The position numbers were made by a program, and so were the translations under genes. This document shows positions 1-7,380 of a stretch of 14,695 bases of DNA, in pieces. The DNA lies in the NCBI GenBank assembly GCA_027053075.1, contig JALUEE010000049.1:1-14695 (forward strand), written 5' to 3'. How positions within the stretch are numbered: the stretch's first letter is position 1; every line of letters begins with the position of its first letter. Source of the DNA: a candidate division WOR-3 bacterium (GTDB lineage: Bacteria > Hydrothermota > Hydrothermia > B15-G9 > WFZT01). The notes beneath the pieces are model-generated. The model made no database searches. It was not told the DNA's origin and saw only the letters and a program-made list of their open reading frames with translations.

Positions 1-2
1 CA

Positions 3-287
3 AAGCCGGGGGTAAGATTTTCCCAGATTGAGCCGGAAATAAGGGCAATTTATGAAGAGGCAGGACTGATTGATTATTATATCAAGGGTTATACTCATGG
101 AGTGGGCCTTTTGATTGAAGAGCCCCCTATAACCACGATAGTAACGAGGCACTGGACATGGCGACCCATTCCAAATATGACACTTGCCATGATTCACACA
201 CCTTTAATGCTCCCCAACGGAGCTGTAAAAAAGGAAGATACCGTGTTGATTAAGGAAGATGGGGTTGAACTTCTTACGCATGGCTGA
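3..287 (+). CDS. M24 family (Xaa-Pro peptidase-like) protein, C-terminal fragment (5' end lies outside the window)
   Basis: The frame is open from position 3: KPGVRFSQIEPEIRAIYEEAGLIDYYIKGYTHGVGLLIEEPP...NMTLAMIHTPL...GAVKKEDTVLIKEDGVELLT. This matches the M24 C-terminal motifs KPG, HGxG..(H)E.P and EDxxLIxxxGxExLT. The track start at 102 is internal. Confidence 0.85.
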   Translation, partial: KPGVRFSQIEPEIRAIYEEAGLIDYYIKGYTHGVGLLIEEPPITTIVTRHWTWRPIPNMTLAMIHTPLMLPNGAVKKEDTVLIKEDGVELLTHG

Positions 288-326
288 AAAAGTCGATTTA
301 GTGATGGGATCTGTCCAATAGATAAG

Positions 327-359
327 AAAGGGGGGTGAAACAATGTTCACCCCCCTTTT
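327..359. terminator. Probable bidirectional rho-independent terminator
   Basis: Inverted repeat aaaggggggtgaa (327-339) / ttcaccccccttt (346-358) with A and T flanks, between the convergent 3' ends at 287 and 372. Confidence 0.85.
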
Positions 360-371
360 CCTGTTCAATTA

Positions 372-1001
372 CTATTGGATATAATATCCATATAAAACGT
401 TTACTCTGCCTTCGTTTGATATATTTTTAACCTCCCCTATCCCATCAACAATAAAGTCGTATCGATAAGTGGTTCGAACCACATTACCATTGTAAATGAT
501 TTTTGTAGTAAACTTAATCTTGTATGCATTGTTAAAGCTTCCTGCGGGAACATTTACTGCTTCTTGACTTACAACTAATGCGCTGTCCACAACCCTGAAT
601 GGAGCACCGTTATAAATAACAGTAGTGTCATAGCTTAACCAGGATACACCAACTCGAAGCGGGAGTTTTAGGTAGTTTATCAGTATATGAGTTCTTGTTG
701 TATCTGTACCCACGGTGGTAAGAGCTTTCAGGAAATCTCCTTCATAAAATGCTATTAGTGTATCTTCTGGATGATTTGAATAAGTAATTACATAGGCGGA
801 ATTACCATTGTAAGAAGTATGAGCAGTTACTTTTGAAGTATCTGTTGCGTTTCCACCCTCTGGCCCATATGCCCACCAGTTGCCTACTGCGAGGGGGATA
901 ACTTGAAGGTTTCCCCCGTTACCTGGAGAGGTTGGACTGGTTTTTGAACATCCCCATGCTGCAATTGAGACCATTCCAAGTACCAGTATCAGTTTTTTCA
1001 T
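372..1001 (-). CDS. Lipoprotein of unknown function (DUF3108/TapB-like beta-rich fold, tentative)
   Basis: MKK + hydrophobic stretch + lipobox-like AWGC; S/T/P/G linker; motifs PLAVGNWWAY, VNVPAGSFNNAYKI and GIGEVK; SD AGGAGG at 1008-1013. Confidence 0.8.
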   Translation of the reverse strand: MKKLILVLGMVSIAAWGCSKTSPTSPGNGGNLQVIPLAVGNWWAYGPEGGNATDTSKVTAHTSYNGNSAYVITYSNHPEDTLIAFYEGDFLKALTTVGTDTTRTHILINYLKLPLRVGVSWLSYDTTVIYNGAPFRVVDSALVVSQEAVNVPAGSFNNAYKIKFTTKIIYNGNVVRTTYRYDFIVDGIGEVKNISNEGRVNVLYGYYIQ

Positions 1002-1098
1002 ACGTAACCTCCTTTGTTTTTTTTAATTTCTTAAATAATCAAACACGAACTTTCAATATTGCGTTTTATTTAATCTCACATCTTTTGTTGAATTATTT

Positions 1099-1139
1099 CT
1101 GGGGCCACGCACGAAGTGCGTGGCCCCAGCCAAGGGAGG
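1099..1139. repeat. GC-rich palindromic repeat, GAA triloop (copy A)
   Basis: Perfect 14-bp stem ctggggccacgcac-GAA-gtgcgtggccccag (1099-1129). The 19-mer at 1105-1123 is identical to 6600-6618. The tail caagggagg (1131-1139) is identical to 6793-6801. Confidence 0.9.
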
Positions 1140-1155
1140 TATATCCTGGAAAGGG

Positions 1156-1836
1156 TTATTGTCCTTCGATTGTATTCAATTTCAACACATTGAGTGATCC
1201 GGATAAATTTAATGTAAAAGCCGCATGGGCGGGTCTTCTGCCACGTACAAAGTTCAAAATACCATTGGTTCTAACCACTGGAATACTGCCGAAGATACCG
1301 ATGGAGCTAAAAGTGGAGAGTATCTCAAACGATTGCCATCTCGGGGCTGAGAAGAGGAGTTTAATCACAGATGAATTGAAATTAAATAAAACCTTTTCAC
1401 ACTTCCGCATCCCTGCCCCGATATATTTGAGTTTCGAAAGGGATAATGTGAGACTGATGGTATCAGCCCGTGAAGTAGAGTCATCTACGATGGTTAAAAA
1501 TGAGGCTTTTGCATCTATTTTCAGGGTCTTTACAGGCAGGTTGGTGATATCAAGTAATACCTCTGCGGTTTTTGCTTTGAGGTAAATTTTTGTTAGGAGG
1601 GGCGGGAGCCCTAAAAGGGCTCCCGCCCCTCCTATCACAACTCCTCGATCTCCATGCAACTCAACCACAAGTGTGTCTCCTACCTGCTGGAACTCCGCAT
1701 CCATTCTCTCTATCTCAACCCCTTTATTCGAGCGATAAACCACCAGTTTCTTTTTACCCACCACCCCTGTTACCTTTATAAACTTTGCCTGACCTAACGG
1801 ATGAATTAACGAAAATATCAAAAGAAATGTCACCAT
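1156..1836 (-). CDS. Exported LiaF/DUF2154 (toast-rack)-like beta-repeat protein
   Basis: Hydrophobic N-terminus; repeated beta-strand segments (IYLKAKTAEVLLDITNLPVKTLKIDAKASFLTIV, ISLTLSLSKLKYI); start overlaps the upstream gene's stop (ATGGTGA); GAGG SD. Confidence 0.65.
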   Translation of the reverse strand: MVTFLLIFSLIHPLGQAKFIKVTGVVGKKKLVVYRSNKGVEIERMDAEFQQVGDTLVVELHGDRGVVIGGAGALLGLPPLLTKIYLKAKTAEVLLDITNLPVKTLKIDAKASFLTIVDDSTSRADTISLTLSLSKLKYIGAGMRKCEKVLFNFNSSVIKLLFSAPRWQSFEILSTFSSIGIFGSIPVVRTNGILNFVRGRRPAHAAFTLNLSGSLNVLKLNTIEGQ

Positions 1837-3389
1837 AGATTCTTCCTCAATCCTGCAAATAATCTGAAATTCCTCTCTGTACCCGGGACAGTAGAAACTC
1901 CAATGTAAAACTCATCCTGCACTATTCCGATTCCAACGTCGTACTTTAGAGAGCCTGTAAGATTTGTTTTTGCGGCATCCATCCTAACGAAAAATTTTGA
2001 ATCAGAAATGCTGTACGCCGCAATCAGATTCACAAGTCCCATCCATCTGTCACCTCTGATCTCATGCCATCCGAATCCGGGCATAGTGAAAGGTCCTCCC
2101 AGGGTAAAATCAAAGGGGGAGGAAAGGCTTTTATCAGAGTAGCCAGCAGCAACTTTCAATATTAAATCAATAGAGTTGAAAGAATACTTAGCCTTTGCCC
2201 TGCCAAAGACTCTCGTAAACTGATAATATGACTTCGATAGCTGCTTTTCAGCTTCAAACCGCATTTTCAGTGATTTGCTCTCAAATCCACCTTCAATACG
2301 CGTAAAATCTACATGTCCTGTTTGAATGGGTGGGTTTCCCCGGAATTTTCTACTCTTCCTGTAAAAGAGGGACCAGTCCGTGGTCTTTCTCAAATTCAAC
2401 AGGTTAGATGTCTCATATCCTGCCTGAATCCAGGCTTCTCTGTAGGTAAGTCCTCCATAAACTCCAAAGCCACGGGCAAGATAGTAATTGGCAAATTCCT
2501 CATGCAGCAAAATGGCTGATAACGTATTCTCAACGCTTGAAAATTTCCATGCATCAGAAGACCTTCTTTCGCTGTATAGCCTCATATAAAGGTAGCCTGG
2601 CCCCACGATGGTTTTTAGCCCATGCATATAAAAATCAAATCTCTTTGATGAGAATCCATATCCAAGGTATCCGTAGTAAAAATCTCTCCCGTGTCTTACA
2701 GAGTTTTCAATATGGAGGCCAAATCCGTCAACCCGTGTGTACTCGAGAGGTGCCCTTTTCCAGGAGCTGAATGGTAACATATATTTGTGCGCTTCTTTTT
2801 CGAATAACTTTTTCTGTGGAGTAATAAGACCCGTGATATTTTTCGTATCTACATGGCCATAGCGGGATTCTATGACGGCACCCTCAAGAGAGGAGCCTTT
2901 ATTTAAATGCAGGTGTATATCACCAAAATCCGTCTTTATCTCACTCTTATGACAAATAGAGCCATAGTACCAGATGTCTCCCGTCTTTGTGAAAATTTCA
3001 AGTGAACCCTCACAACTCTCGTCATGGAGCTCGATATCACCGGTGGATGAGTTGATAAAAATGTTTTTGACAACCTTCGCCCTGAGTTCAATGTCACCGG
3101 ATACAGATTTTACCTTTATGTTCTTTAGAGTGTCTCCTGTCATATCAATATCTCCGCTGATCGTGTTCACCGAGATGGAGTCCACATAACCCGGAATAGC
3201 GAGACTGATGTCCGAATCTTTACCCTGTAGAATAAGCCTGTGGCCCTCGATTTTAAATGAGATACCTTCTAACTCCACTGTGGTATCATTTACTATTTTT
3301 AAGTCGACATTTCCGGCTCCTGAAGTAATTGAGACATAGCTCAAGTCACGTGGAAATACAAGGGAAATGAGAATCATGAGTGTCAGCAT
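1830..3389 (-). CDS. N-terminal DUF4097-like beta-strand repeats fused to a C-terminal outer-membrane beta-barrel (Omp85/BamA-TamA-like, tentative)
   Basis: N-terminal repeats NTISGDI, KSVSGDI, NSSTGDI, FTKTGDI, KTDFGDI. C-terminal ~310 aa has alternating aromatic beta-strands, YTRVDGF and FTLGGPFTMPGFG motifs and a terminal W. SD AGGAGG. Confidence 0.75.
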   Translation of the reverse strand: MLTLMILISLVFPRDLSYVSITSGAGNVDLKIVNDTTVELEGISFKIEGHRLILQGKDSDISLAIPGYVDSISVNTISGDIDMTGDTLKNIKVKSVSGDIELRAKVVKNIFINSSTGDIELHDESCEGSLEIFTKTGDIWYYGSICHKSEIKTDFGDIHLHLNKGSSLEGAVIESRYGHVDTKNITGLITPQKKLFEKEAHKYMLPFSSWKRAPLEYTRVDGFGLHIENSVRHGRDFYYGYLGYGFSSKRFDFYMHGLKTIVGPGYLYMRLYSERRSSDAWKFSSVENTLSAILLHEEFANYYLARGFGVYGGLTYREAWIQAGYETSNLLNLRKTTDWSLFYRKSRKFRGNPPIQTGHVDFTRIEGGFESKSLKMRFEAEKQLSKSYYQFTRVFGRAKAKYSFNSIDLILKVAAGYSDKSLSSPFDFTLGGPFTMPGFGWHEIRGDRWMGLVNLIAAYSISDSKFFVRMDAAKTNLTGSLKYDVGIGIVQDEFYIGVSTVPGTERNFRLFAGLRKNLW

Positions 3390-3402
3390 GGCTTTTCCTC
3401 CT

Positions 3403-4281
3403 TTAGATGGTGCTGTCTGCGACAGTTATATGAACGGAACCGTTGACCGTGTTGATAGACATACTTGCCGAGCCGTCACCGATAATGAACTTTGTTGATT
3501 TGCCAATAAAGTGCCCACTTTCTTCTAAAATTCTCGCTCGGGAGCTCGGTGTCACCTCCACGGAACCGTTTACGCTCGAGCAGGTTACCACCATCCCAAG
3601 ACCAGAGGGGACGGTTACATGGACAGATGCGTTTACCCCGGAAATATCGGCAGTTTTAAATTTTGCTATATTTAATCTCACATCTCCATTGACAGTGGAA
3701 ACATCCAGGGAGTTTGACTTTAGAAACAGCTTTATGTCACCGTTTACTGTGGCTATGGAAGTCTCGTGTGAATTAAGGTTTCCTTTGATGTCTCCGCTAA
3801 CTGTGCCCACATCGAAGGAGTGGGCGTAAATTGTGTAGGGAAGGCTTATATCCCCGTTTACGCTGGAAAGCTCAATGCCACCGAGGGAGTCGGGGACATA
3901 CAGGTCCATGTCTATGCGCACATCGCGCGGAATCCTTTCAATAAACTTTGATTTTTTTCGAACGAGAATCCCGGCCTCATCGCTCCTTCTGTACTCATAA
4001 ATTTTCAGGTAATCGAGTGCTTTTTCTGGGTAGCTGAGCTCGACACGGATATCTTTGCCTTTAGCCTTGAATACGTGAATGTCCCCTGTAACATTTTTGA
4101 GTTCAATCTTGAAATTGGCCGGCTTACCCGGAATTTTGAAAACTATATTTCTGGATGTTGTCGGCTTTGCGTCCTTCGGAATCTTAGTGTCTCCCACTTT
4201 AGCCATGGAATCTGTGTCTATCTTGATGTTTACACATCCCGCAAGGAAAACGGGAATCAACAAAAGTGCCCACTTTCTCAT
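3403..4281 (-). CDS. DUF4097-like (LiaG/YvlB-like) beta-strand repeat lipoprotein
   Basis: MRKW...FLAGC lipobox; repeats NVTGDI, SVNGDI, TVSGDI, TVNGDI, TVNGDV, SVNGSV, TVNGSV; SD AGGAGGTG. Confidence 0.85.
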   Translation of the reverse strand: MRKWALLLIPVFLAGCVNIKIDTDSMAKVGDTKIPKDAKPTTSRNIVFKIPGKPANFKIELKNVTGDIHVFKAKGKDIRVELSYPEKALDYLKIYEYRRSDEAGILVRKKSKFIERIPRDVRIDMDLYVPDSLGGIELSSVNGDISLPYTIYAHSFDVGTVSGDIKGNLNSHETSIATVNGDIKLFLKSNSLDVSTVNGDVRLNIAKFKTADISGVNASVHVTVPSGLGMVVTCSSVNGSVEVTPSSRARILEESGHFIGKSTKFIIGDGSASMSINTVNGSVHITVADSTI

Positions 4282-4291
4282 AATTCACCTC

Positions 4292-4999
4292 CTATAGGCT
4301 ATTAAATTTTTTAATAGCCCATATACCCCCAAATAGCGATGCGATGCCAATAATTGCGTAAAAAACTAAAATCTGAAGCGAAACGGTGACATTGACAAAA
4401 ATACCCTCCACGTGATAAGAGGCAAAGTTCAGGGTAATGCCTTTTAGAGGCGAAAGTATCTGATAGATCAAATGGTCTATGTAAAGGGTAACGATAGCCG
4501 TAAGAAAAGCAAGGAATCCGCTTGAGCGTCTTGCCACTGTTTTGACGGAAAATGCAGGATAAAAAACGGTAAGAACCGGGAAAGTCACAAGCCCGCTCAG
4601 GACTGCAAGTTTAAAGGTTTGAGCAGCCGGAAATGATGGGACCTGATGATATGATGTAATGAAAACCGCAGTAATAATGGATGTTAGGAATGCAAGAAGG
4701 AAGCCTTCAATAAAAACAGCTAAAAACTTTGAAAAAAGAACCTCCTCCAGAGATACGGGAAGTTGTAGAAGAAAGTAAATTGTTCCGCTGTCAAACTCCT
4801 TTTTAATCACATGATAGCCCTGAATGAATATGGCCACGTAAAGGATGGTGAAGGGGATCGAGGAGAATGCAAGAAATGAACCGGGTGAGCCGATTTTCCC
4901 CCTGAAGTAGGCCATCAGGAGGAAATTTACTGAGAGAACCACAAGGAAATGGAGCCTCAACCCCTTTAATTCTTTAGAAAGAAGCTTAGGAATATTCAT
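4292..4999 (-). CDS. ABC-2-type transporter permease
   Basis: About six hydrophobic segments; motifs LLSKELK and KEFDSGTIYFLLQLPVSLEEVLFSKF typical of ABC-2 permeases; overlaps the ATPase stop; GGAGG SD. Confidence 0.85.
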   Translation of the reverse strand: MNIPKLLSKELKGLRLHFLVVLSVNFLLMAYFRGKIGSPGSFLAFSSIPFTILYVAIFIQGYHVIKKEFDSGTIYFLLQLPVSLEEVLFSKFLAVFIEGFLLAFLTSIITAVFITSYHQVPSFPAAQTFKLAVLSGLVTFPVLTVFYPAFSVKTVARRSSGFLAFLTAIVTLYIDHLIYQILSPLKGITLNFASYHVEGIFVNVTVSLQILVFYAIIGIASLFGGIWAIKKFNSL

Positions 5000-5684
5000 G
5001 GTAGACCTCCTTGAAAATGTCCTCTATCGATTTTCCATACTCTTCCCTGAGCTTGTCTGCCGGGCCATAGAGGATGGTTACACCTTTCTTCAGGAAAAGA
5101 ACCTCGTCGAACATATTTTCGGCCTCCCTTACTATGTGTGTGGAGAAAATCACTGTGGATTCGTAAGAAGTGAATATCTTCAAAAGGGCGTCAAGAATGA
5201 GACTTCGGGATAACGGGTCTATGCCGGAAAGAGGCTCGTCGAGCAGAAAGACTTTTGCCCTTCGTGATAGTCCGAGTAAAATCTGGACGCGCTTTCGATA
5301 GCCCTTGGAAAGAGATTTAATCTTTTGCTCCGGGTGTAGCTCGAGCAGCTGGTAGAGCTCTTTCTCCCTTCCGGTGTCCCAGTCGTCAACGAATTTTTTA
5401 ACAATTTCAACATGGTCCCCAATGGTCATATCTTTGTAGAGGGCATCAATTTCCGGGATGTAGGAGGTAAACGTACGTACGTGCTTCCCGGGTCGCTCTC
5501 CATTTACCTCCACCACCCCGGAATTATAGGAGGTGATGCCCGCAAGAGACTTAAGAAGTGTGGATTTTCCGCTTCCGTTTGGTCCTACGAGACCGAGGAT
5601 TTTGCCGCCCTGGAGTGAGAAACTCACTCCATCAAGGGCACGGTTTTTACCGTAATTTTTCGTTAAATTTCTAACTTCTATCAT
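4986..5684 (-). CDS. ABC transporter ATP-binding protein (YtrB-like)
   Basis: Walker A GPNGSGKST, signature LSKGY, Walker B FLLDEP, H-loop STH. Start re-called at ATG 5684 (MIEVRNL), preceded by GGAGGAGGAG, instead of the track start at 5723. Confidence 0.93.
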   Translation of the reverse strand: MIEVRNLTKNYGKNRALDGVSFSLQGGKILGLVGPNGSGKSTLLKSLAGITSYNSGVVEVNGERPGKHVRTFTSYIPEIDALYKDMTIGDHVEIVKKFVDDWDTGREKELYQLLELHPEQKIKSLSKGYRKRVQILLGLSRRAKVFLLDEPLSGIDPLSRSLILDALLKIFTSYESTVIFSTHIVREAENMFDEVLFLKKGVTILYGPADKLREEYGKSIEDIFKEVYHEYS

Positions 5685-6042
5685 TCTCCTCCTCCAGAAG
5701 TTTAAGAATTTTCTCTTTTTCAATGGGAATGCCGATCCCCTTTAAATCATCTACAAATTTATCAACAAGCTGATTTAGCATGCCTTCCCTGAGTTCTCTG
5801 AGCTTTTCTGGGTCTTCAGTAACAAAGTTACCCTGCCCTCGCTTAGTGAATATAACACCCTCTCGAAGCAGCTCCTGATAAGCGTGCTGGACTGTATTGG
5901 GATTCACTTTGAGCTCAATGGCAAGCTCCCTGACGGAAGGTACTTTATTACCCATCCCGTACTCTCCTCTAACAATGGCTTTTTTAATGGCATCGGCTAT
6001 TTGAAGGTATATGGGCTTGCTTTCATCAAAGTTTATTCTCAT
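5671..6042 (-). CDS. GntR family transcriptional regulator, YtrA subfamily
   Basis: PIYLQI...PSVRELAIELKVNPNTVQHAYQELLREGVIFTKRGQGNFV winged HTH; only 123 aa with a short helical C-domain; first gene of an ABC operon. Confidence 0.93.
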   Translation of the reverse strand: MRINFDESKPIYLQIADAIKKAIVRGEYGMGNKVPSVRELAIELKVNPNTVQHAYQELLREGVIFTKRGQGNFVTEDPEKLRELREGMLNQLVDKFVDDLKGIGIPIEKEKILKLLEEENDRS

Positions 6043-6057
6043 TTCTTAAATACCTCA

Positions 6058-6081
6058 TGTGTATGACTGACATAATACACT
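6058..6081 (-). promoter_or_regulatory. YtrA-type operator (autorepression site)
   Basis: Minus strand AGTGTA-ttatgtcagtca-TACACA (GTGTAT/ATACAC inverted repeat). Resembles the AGTGTA...TACACT operator of B. subtilis YtrA and overlaps the -10 box and predicted start site. Confidence 0.8.
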
Positions 6082-6100
6082 AATAATCTATCACTGTCAA
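6072..6100 (-). promoter_or_regulatory. sigma70-type promoter of the gntR-ABC operon
   Basis: Minus strand TTGACA (6100-6095) - 17 nt - TATTAT (6077-6072); SD GAGGT (6056-6052) before ATG 6042. Confidence 0.85.
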
Positions 6101-6390
6101 GGGGAAGGGAAGAGTGTTTGGAAAACTGTGAATATTGACCGTGACCTCTTTTTCCCACTGGTTTGTTCTGATCTTACATTACAGGCCAATCTGGAAATTC
6201 CATTTATAAGGAATAGGGGGTGGTGAAACGTTGGGTCTGGGAAATTTGGGCTACTCACAAAGAGCTTGGTTTTGTAAAAAGAGGTCATAACCGATTTTGA
6301 TTTTTAGATTTGGTATTTTCCCGGTTTTTATAACTTCGCTGATGTAGGAAAAAGTTATTTGAGTGAACGTCGGGGATGCTTATCAAAAAA

Positions 6391-6445
6391 TTCCTTCCCC
6401 CGCTCGCGAAGCGAGTGGGGGAAGGTCAGGAAGGGGGCATTCCGC
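6391..6445. repeat. Palindrome + purine mirror tail (copy B)
   Basis: 15-bp stem at 6393-6425 (one G-T pair), loop GAA; perfect mirror gggggaagg-tca-ggaaggggg; tail cattccgc; homologous to 10158-10213. Confidence 0.9.
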
Positions 6446-6581
6446 ACATGGTTTCCCCATATTGCACACCTTATCAAATTTCAACTCTTACCAGTGGTGG
6501 GGAGAGGAAAATAGTTAGAGGAAATTTTGGCTTTTCACGCACTTCGTACGGGTCGGACTATGATGAGCTTGTTCGGAAATT

Positions 6582-6638
6582 CCCCCCTCCTATCCTCCCC
6601 CACGCACGAAGTGCGTGGGGGAGGAATAAGGTGGGGGG
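6582..6638. repeat. Palindrome with mirror tails on both sides (copy C)
   Basis: Perfect 15-bp stem at 6593-6625, loop GAA; left mirror ccccctcc-tat-cctccccc; right mirror gggggagga-ata-aggtggggg (1 mismatch). Confidence 0.9.
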
Positions 6639-6752
6639 CAAATTTTTCATTAAAAATTTACGCGGGGAGAGGAAGGAATTTTAGTTTGAGGCGGAAGAAA
6701 TCTTTGCTAAGACAACACAAAACAGTTCCAACAAGTTGAATATAAGTAAAAA

Positions 6753-6814
6753 CGTGCCTTCCCCACAGGCAAAACCTGTGGGGAAGGCACGACAAGGGAG
6801 GCGGTATTCCGCTT
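6753..6814. repeat. Palindrome + tail (copy D)
   Basis: Perfect 17-bp stem at 6753-6791, loop CAAAA; tail caagggagg...attccgctt shared with copies A, B and G. Confidence 0.85.
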
Positions 6815-7050
6815 AAAAAATCCCAATCCACTACAACCAACGAGGTGCATGAAGTAGGCCTTAAGCAAGGATCATTGAGCTGAAATTAAGCTCGAGGGTG
6901 TAGGACTCTTTGTGAATTTCCCGGTTTTCGACAATTTCTCATTGGGCGAAGATATATGTGTATGAGGGCAAAAGTCACACACGGAGATTCAATACAAACC
7001 TGAGATGTGAGTGAACTTATCTGAATGGTTGGAACTGGTATAAATCAATT

Positions 7051-7086
7051 CCCTCTCCCGCTTGCGGGAGAGGGTAGGGGAGAGGG
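7051..7086. repeat. BoxC-like palindrome + purine mirror tail (copy E)
   Basis: ccctctcccg-cttg-cgggagaggg followed by the mirror gggagaggg-tag-gggagaggg. Confidence 0.9.
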
Positions 7087-7222
7087 CTTATATCTTGGTT
7101 TAACCAGGGTCGCATTCTCCAGGACTTAAAAGCGCGAAGCTTATGAATTTAAGGTGCATTACATGTCCTATCTGACCATGCGATTGAAAAAGGCTAAGGG
7201 GATAGATTTGTTTGTTAGATTT

Positions 7223-7259
7223 TGTGGTGGGGCGCGCACGAAGTGCGCGCCCCACCACA
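7223..7259. repeat. GC-rich palindrome, GAA triloop (copy F); may also act as the valS 3' hairpin
   Basis: Perfect 17-bp stem tgtggtggggcgcgcac-GAA-gtgcgcgccccaccaca; same cgcacgaagtgcg core as copies A and C; about 120 nt past the valS stop. Confidence 0.88.
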
Positions 7260-7380
7260 TCTAATATTCAAAATTCAGACCCTACCAAAATTTAAGGTGG
7301 AAAATTGTTGATGGTCACCCATATTCCCATCAATCTTGATAAGAAAACATCCACACGATTGAATCCAAAAACTCACTACC

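Noticed and set aside
932..1585. 217-aa plus-strand ORF
   Set aside because: Antisense shadow of the 1156..1836 gene. It overlaps the lipoprotein start and runs through hairpin A.
5685..5723. Track start of the ABC ATPase at 5723
   Set aside because: It would overlap gntR by over 50 nt with a non-conserved extension. ATG 5684 has a strong SD and the typical MIEVRNL start.
6417..6437. G-quadruplex interpretation of the purine tails
   Set aside because: Not excluded for copies E and G, which have four G-runs, but copy B has only two runs of three or more G. Conserved mirror symmetry with co-varying A positions is better explained by a triplex.
6376..6840. ORFs 6376..6684 (+), 6527..6739 (+) and 6658..6840 (-)
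   Set aside because: The translations (LPPLAKRVGEGQEGG, PPPILPHARSAWGRNKVGG) are read-throughs of the GC-rich palindromes, with no recognisable domain and mutual overlap.
6391..7259. Possible CRISPR array or integron attC cassette array
   Set aside because: The repeats are not identical, and the spacers are too long and irregular (about 135-240 nt) for CRISPR. There are no cas or intI genes, no RYYYAAC/GTTRRRY ends and no cassette ORFs.
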